A stretch of DNA of 64,000 nt from Microcoleus sp. (GTDB taxonomy: Bacteria > Cyanobacteriota > Cyanobacteriia > Cyanobacteriales > Microcoleaceae). Positions within the stretch are counted from its first letter, which is position 1. Every line of letters starts with the position of its first letter. The notes under the pieces were generated by a model. The model was given only the letters and a program-made list of their open reading frames with translations, did no database searches and was not told where the DNA came from. Both the position numbers and the translations under genes were made by a program. The DNA is taken from contig CP181291.1 in assembly GCA_052279835.1 (NCBI GenBank), positions 2,016,001-2,080,000 of the forward strand, read 5' to 3'. Shown here piece after piece: positions 20,142-30,353 of this stretch.

Positions 20142-22721
20142 TTATTCTGTGTCGCTAGCGGGGGGTGTTTCGCTGTCGTCACTAGCTTTTTGTTTTTTTT
20201 CTATTTGTCGTTTTTTGGTAAGTGGTGGTTGTTCGGGTGAAACATCCCTAGGGGGTTGTTGCTTTTTTTTCAATTGTCGATTTGTGACAACTGGTTTCGA
20301 TTCAGATTGAGGATGTGAACTAGATTTTTCGGTGTCTATAACAGATTCTCTTTCTACAACAGGTTCTGGTTCAGAATGTGCGATTAATTCTGGTGTCTCT
20401 ACAACTGGTTCAGAATGTGCGATTAATTCTGGTGTCTCTACAACTGGTTCAGAATGTGCGATTAATTCTGGTGTCTCTACAACTGGTTCAGAATGGGCGA
20501 TTAATTCTGGTGTCTCTACAACTGGTTCTGGTTCAGAATAGGCAATTAATTCTGATGTCTCTCTAATCGGTTCTGGTTCAGAATGTGCGATTAATTCTTG
20601 CTTTTCTACAATTTCCAGAAAATCTGCTACTGATTGCAGTTCGGGTTCCACATCACTATCACTTATCGACTCTTCTGTTGCTAAAACAGGTTCAGAATCT
20701 ACGATTAATTCTGTAGTTTCTCTAACAGATTCAGAATCTGGGATTAATTCTGAGGTTTCTCTAACAGATTCAGAATCTACGATTAATTCTGAGGTTTCTC
20801 TAACAGATTCAGAATCTACGATTAATTCTGAGGTTTCTAGAACAGATTCAGAATCTACGATTAATTCTGTAGTTTCTACAACAGGTTCAGTCTCTGGGAT
20901 TAATTCTGAGGTTTCTACCACAGGTTCAGTCTCTGGGATTAATTCTGAGGTTTCTACAACAGGTTCAGCATCTACGATTAATTCTGAGGTTTCTACAACA
21001 GGTTCAGAATCTGGGATTAATTCTGAGGTTTCTCTAACAGATTCAGAATCTACGATTAATTCTGAGGTTTCTAGAACAGGTTCAGAATCTGGGATTAATT
21101 CTGAGGTTTCTCTAACAGATTCAGAATCTACGATTAATTCTGTAGTTTCTACAACAGGTTCAATATCTGGGATTAATTCTGAGGTTTCTACAACAGGTTC
21201 AGAATCTGGGATTAATTCTGAGGTTTCTACAACAGGTTCAGAATCTACGATTAAGGCAGAATTTTCTCGAACAGGTTCAGAATCTACGATTAAGGCAGAA
21301 TTTTCTCGAACAGGTTCAGAATCTACGATTAAGGCAGAATTTTCTCGAACAGGTTCAGAATCTACGATTAATGCAAAATTTTCTCGAACAGGTTCAATAT
21401 CTGGGATTAATTGTGAGGTTTCTACAACAGGTTCAGAATCTACGATTAATTGTGAGGTTTCTACAACAGGTTCAGAATCTACGATTAATTGTGAGGTTTC
21501 TACAACAGGTTCAGAATCTACGATTAATTCTGAGGTTTCTACAACAGGTTCAGAATCTGGGATTAATTCAGAAGTTTCTACAACAGGTTCCGGTTCTGGG
21601 ATTAATTCAGAAGTTTCTACAACAGGTTCAGCATCTGGGATTAATTCTGAGGTTTCTACAATCGGTTCCGATGCAGGTTGAGAATCACTTACTTCCTGTA
21701 ATGTTTCTGCAACTGCCAAAGTTTGGGCAACTTCAGGTTCAGTTTCAATTAAAACATCTCCCTGCTTCTTTTGGGCCGTTGTCAGCTTTAAAAACACATC
21801 TTCCAAACTAGCGCGATTGCGACGCATTTCGCAGAGTCCAAAACCAGAGGCGATGATAGCTGCGGCAATTTCTCGTCCCGGTTCTATATCGGGTTCGCAC
21901 AGTGCCCGTAGGCGATAACGACCGGCTAAAGACTCTTGATTGGAGATTAATTCGATCGATCGAACACCGGGTAAATTTTCTACAGTCGGCAACAGCAGAC
22001 TGTTCAATAACTCTGGTTCCCCTTCCACTTCCATTTCATAGCCAGAATTAGCCGCCAACTCACCAGTCAAATTTTCGGGACTACCTGCTGCGACAATTTG
22101 ACCGCCATTGATGATGGTAACGCGGTTACAAGTCATGCTGACTTCGGGCAAAATGTGGGTAGAAAGAATGATTGTGTGTTGTCCCCCAAGGCTTTTGATT
22201 AAATTGCGAACTTCGATGATTTGTCGGGGGTCAAGACCGACGGTTGGTTCGTCTAGGATAATTACTGGGGGGTCGTGGACGATCGCCTGAGCGATGCCTA
22301 CTCGTTGCTTAAAGCCCTTGGAAAGTTTGCGGATTAAAACTTTCCGTTTTTCTACCAAGCCACAGCGTTCGATGGCTGAGGTGACGGAGCGCGCGCGATC
22401 GCCCGCCGGTACTTGCTTAATCCGGGCCACAAAAAACAGAAATCCTTCCACTGTCATTTCTGGATAGAGTGGGGGATTTTCTGGTAAATAGCCGATGCGC
22501 TGTCTGACAGCCATCGAATTTTCGTGAACATCGAGACCGGCGATACGGGCTGTACCGCTGGATGCTGGTAAATATCCCGACAAAATCCGCATGGTTGTGG
22601 TTTTGCCGGCACCATTAGGCCCCAAAAAACCCAGAATTTCCCCTGATTCGACCGAGAAAGACACATCCGCGATCGCTGCGGTGGAACCGTAAGTTTTGCT
22701 TAAGTGTTCTACTTCAATCAT
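20142..22721 (-). CDS. ABC transporter ATP-binding protein (GldA-like) with ~540-aa acidic repeat tail
   Basis: GPNGAGKTT, LSKGFKQRVGIAQA, ILDEPT, SLEDVFLKLT, then 13-aa repeats. Confidence 0.88.
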   Translation of the reverse strand: MIEVEHLSKTYGSTAAIADVSFSVESGEILGFLGPNGAGKTTTMRILSGYLPASSGTARIAGLDVHENSMAVRQRIGYLPENPPLYPEMTVEGFLFFVARIKQVPAGDRARSVTSAIERCGLVEKRKVLIRKLSKGFKQRVGIAQAIVHDPPVIILDEPTVGLDPRQIIEVRNLIKSLGGQHTIILSTHILPEVSMTCNRVTIINGGQIVAAGSPENLTGELAANSGYEMEVEGEPELLNSLLLPTVENLPGVRSIELISNQESLAGRYRLRALCEPDIEPGREIAAAIIASGFGLCEMRRNRASLEDVFLKLTTAQKKQGDVLIETEPEVAQTLAVAETLQEVSDSQPASEPIVETSELIPDAEPVVETSELIPEPEPVVETSELIPDSEPVVETSELIVDSEPVVETSQLIVDSEPVVETSQLIVDSEPVVETSQLIPDIEPVRENFALIVDSEPVRENSALIVDSEPVRENSALIVDSEPVRENSALIVDSEPVVETSELIPDSEPVVETSELIPDIEPVVETTELIVDSESVRETSELIPDSEPVLETSELIVDSESVRETSELIPDSEPVVETSELIVDAEPVVETSELIPETEPVVETSELIPETEPVVETTELIVDSESVLETSELIVDSESVRETSELIVDSESVRETSELIPDSESVRETTELIVDSEPVLATEESISDSDVEPELQSVADFLEIVEKQELIAHSEPEPIRETSELIAYSEPEPVVETPELIAHSEPVVETPELIAHSEPVVETPELIAHSEPVVETPELIAHSEPEPVVERESVIDTEKSSSHPQSESKPVVTNRQLKKKQQPPRDVSPEQPPLTKKRQIEKKQKASDDSETPPASDTE
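20350..21670 (-). repeat. 39-bp coding tandem repeats (SEPVVETSELIVD / HSEPVVETPELIA)
   Basis: Contiguous 39-bp units such as GGTTCAGAATCTACGATTAATTCTGAGGTTTCTACAACA, without spacers. Confidence 0.95.
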
Positions 22722-22912
22722 TTTTCAGAAGTCAAGCGATGTTAGATTTCAGATTTGAGATTTTCCAAGTGACCCCACAGACCAATCCGGGGGATTGTGA
22801 GTTTAGTCCAGTCAGAACCAAATCTATCACAACAGGCGATCGTACTCGGAAGTGGGAGGATGGTTTTAGGCATCTCCCAGAAGTATAATGCCTAAGTCCT
22901 GACAAAAAAAAC

Positions 22913-24589
22913 TCAACTCCGTTTCCAAATCTTAATCTCCCCCAACCAACCAGCACTCACAATCATCTTCCCATCCCCACTAATCGCCACAGCACTAACA
23001 TAGCCAGAATGCCCGGTCAAAGTACCCCTCAAATCCCCCGATCGCACATCCCAAAGCCTAATACTCTTATCCCAACTCCCACTAAGGAGCGTACTACCAT
23101 CGCGACTAATTGCCACCGACCAAACCCCATCCGTATGGCCACTCAAACGCCGAATTAACTGCCCATTTCCCACATTCCACAAACCAATTGTACCGTTGCC
23201 ATTTCCCGCAGCCAAACTCTTGCCGTCGGGACTAAAAGCTACGGACAAAACCGATAAATTATTGCCGCTAATCGTGCGCATTAATTGACCACTAGCTAAA
23301 TCCCATAACTTAATCGAACCATCTTTGCTACCGCTAGCTAATACCCCCCCTAGCCCCCCCTTGCTAAGGGGGGGGATTTGAGGATTCGGACTTAGGGCAA
23401 CAGTATTTACTAAGCCAGAATGCCCGGTCAAAGTCCGTAGCAACTCCCCGGTTTTGAGCTTCCAAATTTTAATCGTTTTGTCCCAACTACCGCTAACTAA
23501 CAACTCACCATTGGCACTAATCGCCACAGTCGAAACCGCATCGGAATGCCCGCTCAAAGTTTGTAAAATAGCACCTGTTTCTAAATTCCAAATCTTGACC
23601 GTTTTGTCATCGCTACCACTAGCTAAAATCTTGCCATCGGGACTGATAGCTACGGCATTTACTGCTTCCCGGTGACTCCGCAGGGTAGTTTTCAATTCCC
23701 CACCGGGAAAATTCCAAACAGAGATAGTGCCGTTACTATTACCAGTGGCAAAATAATCAGTTGCCAAGGAAACGGAACTGACTACTTCTGCCGGGGCTTT
23801 GAGAGTATTTGTAGCAGCAAAGGCGATCGCACTTGCAGACTTGCGGGGCGAATTATTAACGGGATTTGAGGGTTTTTTGGCCGTGGGAGATTCAGGGACT
23901 ACTGGCAGCGAAATAGTCGATCGCCATTTCATGAAAGTATTTATTTCTATCCCCGCCGCCACGATTTTATCAGAATTATTCTCAAGCTTCACAATGCCAT
24001 TAATTGCGATCAATTTCCCCCCATCGTCGAGCACCGGACCGCCACTCATCCCCGCTCTCACCAAGTTATTGTATACTAATGTATAACCGTTCCAGGCAGT
24101 CTGACGGCCAGTCAGCAAGCCTTCTGTGGCAATGAAAATCGGCTGTTGGAGGGAACCACCAGATCTCGGCCAGCCCGCCACAATCGCCTTTTTTCCCGCA
24201 GTTGCTGGGGAATTGGCTAATTGAGCCAGGGGATAGCTTTCAGGGCTGCTGAAGGGGACGATCGCCAAATCCGCACCGGGCATTCGCCGGACTAAAGTAT
24301 AATATATAGAGTGAGATTTACCATCGGGAGTAATCACCCGATAATCACCAGCTTTGTCTACAACGTGCCAGTTAGTCAGAATATAGTAGGTGTTACCTTT
24401 TTTTTCTAAGATGACTCCCGAACCGCCTTTTGGCCCTTCAATGCGGACAGTGACAGCTTTAGCAACGGTTTTAACTTGGTCGGCGGTTAAGGCTAGGGCG
24501 ATTTGAGGTAAGGTGAAGGGGAGAAGAGAGATGGTGCTTAGGGCGATCGTCGCACTCAAAACAGCCGGGATTGTTTTGCTGTAATTCAT
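22913..24589 (-). CDS. Exported trypsin-like serine protease + WD40-repeat protein
   Basis: Signal peptide; LTNWHVV, DLAIV, GMSGGPVL catalytic-triad motifs; ~7 WD40 repeats. Confidence 0.9.
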   Translation of the reverse strand: MNYSKTIPAVLSATIALSTISLLPFTLPQIALALTADQVKTVAKAVTVRIEGPKGGSGVILEKKGNTYYILTNWHVVDKAGDYRVITPDGKSHSIYYTLVRRMPGADLAIVPFSSPESYPLAQLANSPATAGKKAIVAGWPRSGGSLQQPIFIATEGLLTGRQTAWNGYTLVYNNLVRAGMSGGPVLDDGGKLIAINGIVKLENNSDKIVAAGIEINTFMKWRSTISLPVVPESPTAKKPSNPVNNSPRKSASAIAFAATNTLKAPAEVVSSVSLATDYFATGNSNGTISVWNFPGGELKTTLRSHREAVNAVAISPDGKILASGSDDKTVKIWNLETGAILQTLSGHSDAVSTVAISANGELLVSGSWDKTIKIWKLKTGELLRTLTGHSGLVNTVALSPNPQIPPLSKGGLGGVLASGSKDGSIKLWDLASGQLMRTISGNNLSVLSVAFSPDGKSLAAGNGNGTIGLWNVGNGQLIRRLSGHTDGVWSVAISRDGSTLLSGSWDKSIRLWDVRSGDLRGTLTGHSGYVSAVAISGDGKMIVSAGWLGEIKIWKRS

Positions 24590-24732
24590 TTTTTTTTAAT
24601 TTAACATAGATTTTTTCAGTCCTCTGAAGACAACTTCAGCTTTGAGTAAGGGACTTAACTGCCTTGCTGGCTCTAACGGCTAGTGGAAAATATCAATTCA
24701 AGAAATGCTGTTAAGCAAATGGAGAGAAATAC

Positions 24733-25185
24733 ATGGCATTTAAAAACTGGGACAAAGAATTAAGCGAGGAAAATCTCCGAGAGCAAATAGTCCAAGCAAA
24801 AGAAGCATGGAAACAAGCCGAAGCTACAGAGCCTCGCGCCGAATCTGTGTATTATAATCAGTCTGAAGATTTAATTACTATCAAACTGAAAAATGGCGCC
24901 ATTTTTTCTTTTCCTCCAAAGCTGGGACAAGGCTTAGAAGGCGCTTCACCAGAACAACTTGCTGATGTTTGGCTACCCCCTTCTGGTAGCAGCGTACACT
25001 GGGAAAGTTTAGATGTTGATTTTGGTATTCCCGAACTTATCGCAGGTATTTTTGGGACAAAATCTTGGATGGCTGAATTAGGTCGGAAGGGAGGAAAGGC
25101 AACTTCAACCTCTAAATCTGCCGCAGCAAGGCAAAATGGCAAAAAAGGCGGGCGACCTAAAAAGAATATTTCCGTTAATTCTTGA
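24733..25185 (+). CDS. DUF2442-family protein (putative antitoxin, orphan)
   Basis: GLEGASPEQL, VHWESLDVD, C-terminal ARQNGKKGGRPKK. Confidence 0.75.
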   Translation: MAFKNWDKELSEENLREQIVQAKEAWKQAEATEPRAESVYYNQSEDLITIKLKNGAIFSFPPKLGQGLEGASPEQLADVWLPPSGSSVHWESLDVDFGIPELIAGIFGTKSWMAELGRKGGKATSTSKSAAARQNGKKGGRPKKNISVNS

Positions 25186-25216
25186 AATCAATTTTTAGCA
25201 GTCAGATGTCATCGAC

Positions 25217-25251
25217 TAAAATCCCCGACTTCTTTGAGAAGTCGGGGATTT
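25217..25251. repeat. Palindrome AAAATCCCCGACTTCTTTGAGAAGTCGGGGATTTT between convergent genes (REP-like/terminator)
   Basis: Long perfect stem; related copy at ~30965-30990, also between convergent genes. Confidence 0.7.
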
Positions 25252-25262
25252 TGCATTCAATT

Positions 25263-25961
25263 TCATGCCAAATCAAACAGCAAAAATTCAGCATCTGCTG
25301 TAGCTTCAATCACCAACTCAGACTCATCACTAACCGCAGCACCATCGCCCTGTTCCAAAGCCAAACCATTGAGCAAAACAGAGCCTCGCGCTACTTGCAC
25401 CCAAGCATAGCGATTTGACTGTAAAACATGAGAAACCCGCGCATCCTTATCCAAAACAGCCGCATACAAATCCACATCTTGATGAATTTTCACAGCACCA
25501 TCTCTAGCATCTCGCGCCGCCACTAACCGCAACCTTCCCTGTCTTTCTGCTAAGGGAAAATCCCGCTGTTCGTAACTTGGCTTCAATCCATTCCTATCGG
25601 GTAACAGCCAAATTTGGAGTAAATGAACCGGGTCAGTTGGCGAGTGATTGAACTCGCTATGCTGGATACCCGTACCAGCACTCATCCGCTGCACTTCACC
25701 AGGTTTAATCACCGCACCAGTACCCAAACTGTCCTTATGTTCTAATGCTCCTTCCAACACATAAGTAATAATTTCCATGTCCGTGTGACCGTGAGTACTG
25801 AAACCTTTGCCACCGTTAATGACATCCTCATTAATCACCCGCAAAGAGCGAAAATTCATATACTTGGGGTCGTAATAATTGGCAAAGGAAAATGTGTGAT
25901 AACTGTCCAGCCAACCGTGATTTGCGTGTCCTCTTGCTTCACTTTTGCGAATAGCAATCAT
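25263..25961 (-). CDS. Pirin family protein (YhhW-like)
   Basis: [36 protein letters not shown]. Confidence 0.93.
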   Translation of the reverse strand: MIAIRKSEARGHANHGWLDSYHTFSFANYYDPKYMNFRSLRVINEDVINGGKGFSTHGHTDMEIITYVLEGALEHKDSLGTGAVIKPGEVQRMSAGTGIQHSEFNHSPTDPVHLLQIWLLPDRNGLKPSYEQRDFPLAERQGRLRLVAARDARDGAVKIHQDVDLYAAVLDKDARVSHVLQSNRYAWVQVARGSVLLNGLALEQGDGAAVSDESELVIEATADAEFLLFDLA

Positions 25962-26161
25962 TTTCCGAATCCTCTGTGAAACTGATAGGGTTGTTTTTGT
26001 TATATTTCAAGTTTAGACCAAGTAAAGCTATTATGGGAAGTACGCACTTTTAAGTTAGGTACTACCCAAAAAGTTACTACCACCAAATACTCTGCAACTG
26101 AAAGCAAGTATCTAGCTTCCGACAGAGTTCAATATTTCCACCGAATTCAACAATCATTAAA

Positions 26162-26560
26162 ATGAACCACACAGAGCGTCTTGCCACTCTCAACCGCATC
26201 CGCAAATTCAGCCGTTTGATGGATACCGCCATTGGCATCCCTGGCACCAAATTTCGCATTGGCTTAGATCCGATTATCGGTTTAGTACCAGGTGCGGGCG
26301 ACTTAGTAGATACCGCATTTTCCGCTTACTTAATTTATTTAGCAACTAGATTCAAACTGCCACCCAAAACTTTCGGAAAAATGATTTATAATATAAGTCT
26401 AGAAGCAGTCATCGGCTCCATACCTTTAATCGGAGATATCTTCGATGCTTTTTATAAATCAAACATCAGAAATCTGGCTCTTTTAGAAGAACACCTCGCA
26501 GTAGTTGAACCGGAATTAACCGCAGTTGCAGAACCGATTTCTGAATCGATCAAAATGTAG
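26162..26560 (+). CDS. DUF4112 domain membrane protein
   Basis: LMDTAIGIPGTKFRIGLDPIIGLVPGAGD...GDIFDAFYKSNIRN. Confidence 0.85.
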   Translation: MNHTERLATLNRIRKFSRLMDTAIGIPGTKFRIGLDPIIGLVPGAGDLVDTAFSAYLIYLATRFKLPPKTFGKMIYNISLEAVIGSIPLIGDIFDAFYKSNIRNLALLEEHLAVVEPELTAVAEPISESIKM

Positions 26561-26606
26561 CAGCGGGTTCCAACAACAAAAATTGCCAGGAATCATCCCG
26601 ATTTTG

Positions 26607-26680
26607 TAAGGGGGGATGGGGGAAGGGGGACTTTGAGAAGACTCCTGTCCCCCCCTTCTTAAGGGGGGCTAGGGGGGATC
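26607..26680. repeat. G/C-run palindromic repeat family (CCCCCCTT..TAAGGGGGGCTAGGGGGGAT)
   Basis: Related copies at ~7330, 23344, 35425-35500 and 44912. Confidence 0.75.
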
Positions 26681-26858
26681 TGGGCCTAGTCGTCAAACAA
26701 CAGTCTCTGACAGGGTTTGACGTTAAGTTGACACAAATGGCTTCGCCCCTACGAATATATTTGCCAAACACAGATGCACCCAATTGCCAATAACCAACAA
26801 ACTCTCAAACCCGCCCAACCCAATTGCCGTGTCCTGATTTCGGGTTATATAGCCTTTC

Positions 26859-27815
26859 TCAGATAGATGAGGTGCAATAACAGCAGTGAGTAAACCAATT
26901 CCACAGGTCTTGCTCATCAATTTGCTCAAATGCGCTTACTATCGCCGAGTCTAATGCTTGATAGGTTCTCGCACCAAAAGTACGGAGAAGATACTTCAGC
27001 TTTGACCATACATTTTCAATTGGCGAAAAGTCGGGAGAATACGGGGGTAAAAATATTAACTTTGCTCCCGCTTTCTTAATGGCTTTTTCTATTTCTTCCC
27101 CTTTGTGAATACTATAGTTGTCCATCAATACACAAGCACCTTTCCAGAGTTTTGGCACAAGTTTTCTGATGATAAAAGCCTCAAAAGTAATCCCATCTAT
27201 TGAGCCTAATAAATTCACTGATGTCAGCAGTTTTTTGACAGATATTGCTCCCAATATCGAGACATTTTTGCCACGTCTATTTGGTTTAGGCCCAAGGGCT
27301 CTTGAGCCTTTTAACGACCGGGCATATAATCTAACCATAGCTAGATTAACCCCCGACTCATCAATAAATATTAAATTATTCATATTCAGATTTCGGATTT
27401 GCTGCCAGAACTCATATCGAAGGTTTTGAACTCTGTCACTGCCTTTAGCTGAGGGGAAGAGAGTTTTTTTTTTGTAAGTTATGTTCAACCGTTGTGCCAT
27501 TCTTCCCATTGTAGCCCTACTGATATTTACGCCGATTTTTTGCTCGAGTAAATGACAGAGTTCTTCGAGGGTGGCATCGTTATTTTTTTCAATTAATTCC
27601 GCTAAAATAACCAGTTGTTCAGGTTTGAGTTTAAGTAGGCCCCCGCATCGATGAGTTTGAGGGGCAATACTTTGGGTTTGGCGATACTGTTTAAGCAATT
27701 TTTGAACGAAGCTAGTCGCCACACAAAACCGCTTGGCTATTTGTCTTTGTGAGATGGGCTCACTATGGTAAACATTAATTATTTTTTGTCGAAAGTCAAT
27801 AGAATAAGATTTCAT
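26859..27815 (-). CDS. IS630-family transposase (single reading frame)
   Basis: MKSYSIDFRQK HTH; FIDESG, LMDNYSIH, PPYSPDFSPIENVWSKLK DDE motifs. Confidence 0.92.
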   Translation of the reverse strand: MKSYSIDFRQKIINVYHSEPISQRQIAKRFCVATSFVQKLLKQYRQTQSIAPQTHRCGGLLKLKPEQLVILAELIEKNNDATLEELCHLLEQKIGVNISRATMGRMAQRLNITYKKKTLFPSAKGSDRVQNLRYEFWQQIRNLNMNNLIFIDESGVNLAMVRLYARSLKGSRALGPKPNRRGKNVSILGAISVKKLLTSVNLLGSIDGITFEAFIIRKLVPKLWKGACVLMDNYSIHKGEEIEKAIKKAGAKLIFLPPYSPDFSPIENVWSKLKYLLRTFGARTYQALDSAIVSAFEQIDEQDLWNWFTHCCYCTSSI

Positions 27816-27853
27816 TTTTAGTAAGGTGTGATGCTTTTTACAATCAGGGAATA

Positions 27854-27991
27854 GCTGTGACCCGATCGACTGCTTTTGGCGATCGACTGCTGTGACCCGA
27901 TCGACTGCTTTTGGCGATCGACTGCTTTTGGCGATCGACTGCTGTGACCCGATCGACTGCTGTGACCCGATCGACTGCTGTGACCCGATCG
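27854..27991. repeat. Mixed 18/17-bp tandem array (GCTGTGACCCGATCGACT / GCTTTTGGCGATCGACT)
   Basis: Order A-B-A-B-B-A-A-A(partial), in the IS630 leader. Confidence 0.93.
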
Positions 27992-28164
27992 GGGCTTCAA
28001 TCACAAGATTGAATTAGAGCTGTGCGATCTTTTTGAACTAAATATTTTCCACTCTGTTCTTGTCAGTTACATTGTATCTCATCTACCTGAGAAAGGCTAT
28101 ATTAATTCCGATGCAACCGGAATTAATCTTAGATATTATTGGTAAAACCGCCCCTACCAAATAA

Positions 28165-29196
28165 TTACTGATAGCGCTTAACAGCTTCCACCAAAGCAAT
28201 CACATCTTCTTCTTTAGTATTAAAAGCCGTGACAATTCTGATTGTACACCCAGTTTCGCTATCCCAGCGATAAAACTGGAATCCTTCAGCTAAAACTGCC
28301 ACTATTACAGATTCAGGAAGTTGAATAAAAATTTCATTCGCTTCTACAGGATGACAAAAAATTACTCCCTCAACTCCCGCCAAACCTTGCGCTAACTTAG
28401 CAGCCATCTGATTTGCATGAGCAGCATTTTTTAGCCACAAATCATCAGTTATATATGTTGACAACTGGGCAGACAAAAAACGCATTTTAGAGAACAAATG
28501 CCCACTACGCTTGCGGTAAAAAGGAAAATTATTGGCCAATTTTTTATTAAAAAAGACCACTGCTTCCGCCGCCATTGCACCATTTTTAGTCGCTCCAAAG
28601 GAGAGAATATCGACCCCAGCCCGCCAAGTCACATCTGCTGGAGAACAGCCAAGACTGGCGACAGCATTAGCAAAACGAGCTCCATCCATATGCAGGTGTA
28701 AATTATGGTGACGAACCACTTCTGAAATCTGGGAAATTTCCGCCGGAGTGTAGATAGTTCCAGCTTCCGTTGCTTGAGTGATGCTGACGGCGGCTGGCTG
28801 TACGTGGTGGACGACTCCTACACCCGCACGCGCCAGACTTTTTTCTAAAGTTCCTGCATCAATTTTAGCATGATTTCCTGTTATTGTCACCAACTTTGCA
28901 CCACCGCTAAAAAACTCCGGCGCGCCACATTCATCAAGATTAATATGAGATTCCCCATGACAATAAACAGCACCGTAAGGAGGTGTTACAACTGCAAGAC
29001 TCAGAGCATTAGCAGCGGAACCAGTGGCTACGGGAAAAACCGTCACCGATGTCTCGAATAGTTCAGACAACTTAACTTGCAAACCTTTTGTATATTCATC
29101 ATCGCCATAGGATGAAACACTACCACAATTAGCTGCTGCGATCGCCGCCATGATTTCTGGGGAAACACCCGTTGTATTGTCGCTACAAAAATTCAT
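28165..29196 (-). CDS. ltaE: Low-specificity L-threonine aldolase
   Basis: FCSDN, YGDD, TGSAAN, HMDGARFANA, SFGATKNG. Confidence 0.9.
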   Translation of the reverse strand: MNFCSDNTTGVSPEIMAAIAAANCGSVSSYGDDEYTKGLQVKLSELFETSVTVFPVATGSAANALSLAVVTPPYGAVYCHGESHINLDECGAPEFFSGGAKLVTITGNHAKIDAGTLEKSLARAGVGVVHHVQPAAVSITQATEAGTIYTPAEISQISEVVRHHNLHLHMDGARFANAVASLGCSPADVTWRAGVDILSFGATKNGAMAAEAVVFFNKKLANNFPFYRKRSGHLFSKMRFLSAQLSTYITDDLWLKNAAHANQMAAKLAQGLAGVEGVIFCHPVEANEIFIQLPESVIVAVLAEGFQFYRWDSETGCTIRIVTAFNTKEEDVIALVEAVKRYQ

Positions 29197-29307
29197 GTTA
29201 ATAATTAGTAATTACCATCTATAATATAACTCAAACACCAGGCAGTTGTCGCGGTTATATTTTAAATATTGAAATTTTAAAATTATTCAAAATAAATTAA
29301 TCTCACC

Positions 29308-30165
29308 ATGAAAAAACAGCAAAACAAATTCAGTCACCTCACGGCGATGGAAAGAATTTACCTGTCATTTCCGGCGAAATATTTATGGGAGCAAAACCTG
29401 CTGCAAGGTAAAATTTTAGACTTTGGTTGTGGCTTTGGCAACGATGTGAAATTATTGCAGCAAAAAGGCTTTGATATTGCAGGTTATGACCCTTACTATT
29501 TCCCAGTATATCCCGAAAATAAATTCGATACAATTCTTTGTTTTTATGTTTTGAATGTTTTGTTTCCAGAAGAACAAGCTAAGGTCATCATGGAAGTATC
29601 GCATTTGCTTAAACCAGGAGGCAAAGCATATTTTGCTGTGAGAAGAGACCTCAAAAAAGAAGGTTTTCGAGAACATTATATCCACAAAAAACCTACCTAC
29701 CAGTGTATAGTAAAACTTCCGTTTAAGTCAGCACACTTAGATGAGTATTGTGAAATATATGAATATGTCCATTATAATCATCAAATAAATTCAACTAATC
29801 ATTGTATTTTTTGCAATCCACATAAACAGCTCACTTTACTAACTGAATCAGCAACAGCCTATGCCATATTTGATGGTTATCCTGCCAGCAAAGGTCATGT
29901 TTTAATTATCCCGAAGCGTCATGTTGCCAATTATTTTGAACTGCCGTTTCGAGAACAATCAGCTTGTTGGTTCATGGCGAATATAGTACAAGATATTTTA
30001 AATAAAGAATTTCAGCCTGACGGTTTTAATGTGGGAATAAATATTCATAAAGATGCTGGTCAAAGTAGAAGTCATGCTGCGATTCATATTATTCCCCGCT
30101 ACCGAGGTGATGCGAAGGGACATAAAGGCGGGATTAGATATGTGATTCCCAAGAGGGAAAAATAA
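29308..30165 (+). CDS. Class I SAM methyltransferase - HIT family fusion protein
   Basis: LDFGCGFG, YVLNVL; CIFC, GHVLIIPKRH, HAAIHIIPRY. Confidence 0.85.
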   Translation: MKKQQNKFSHLTAMERIYLSFPAKYLWEQNLLQGKILDFGCGFGNDVKLLQQKGFDIAGYDPYYFPVYPENKFDTILCFYVLNVLFPEEQAKVIMEVSHLLKPGGKAYFAVRRDLKKEGFREHYIHKKPTYQCIVKLPFKSAHLDEYCEIYEYVHYNHQINSTNHCIFCNPHKQLTLLTESATAYAIFDGYPASKGHVLIIPKRHVANYFELPFREQSACWFMANIVQDILNKEFQPDGFNVGINIHKDAGQSRSHAAIHIIPRYRGDAKGHKGGIRYVIPKREK

Positions 30166-30353
30166 AATTTAGTAAAGTGTGAAATGGATTTTTTTTAACC
30201 GCAGAGGCGCAGAGAACACAGAGGAAGGGAGAAGAGAGGGAGTCATAATTTTTGTAAGGATTGTTATATTTGAGCAAAGGCCGAACAAAAAAGGGTTAAA
30301 ATATATTTACTAAGTCTGATACTAAACCTTAGCAGCAGTTTTGTATTCTGTTT

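Larger units (their letters stand above)
26850..28099 (-). mobile_element. IS630-family insertion sequence
   Basis: Terminal inverted repeats TAGCCTTTCTCAG(A/G)TAGATGAG with flanking TA duplication. Confidence 0.9.

Noticed and set aside
20350..21670. Possible CRISPR array (regular ~39-bp periodicity)
   Set aside because: Units are contiguous without unique spacers and lie in frame within the ABC ATPase; no cas genes
27816..28004. N-terminal extension of the IS630 ORF and ORF 27818-28000; mini-CRISPR idea
   Set aside because: These are translations of the 17/18-bp tandem array; the transposase starts at MKSYS; no spacers
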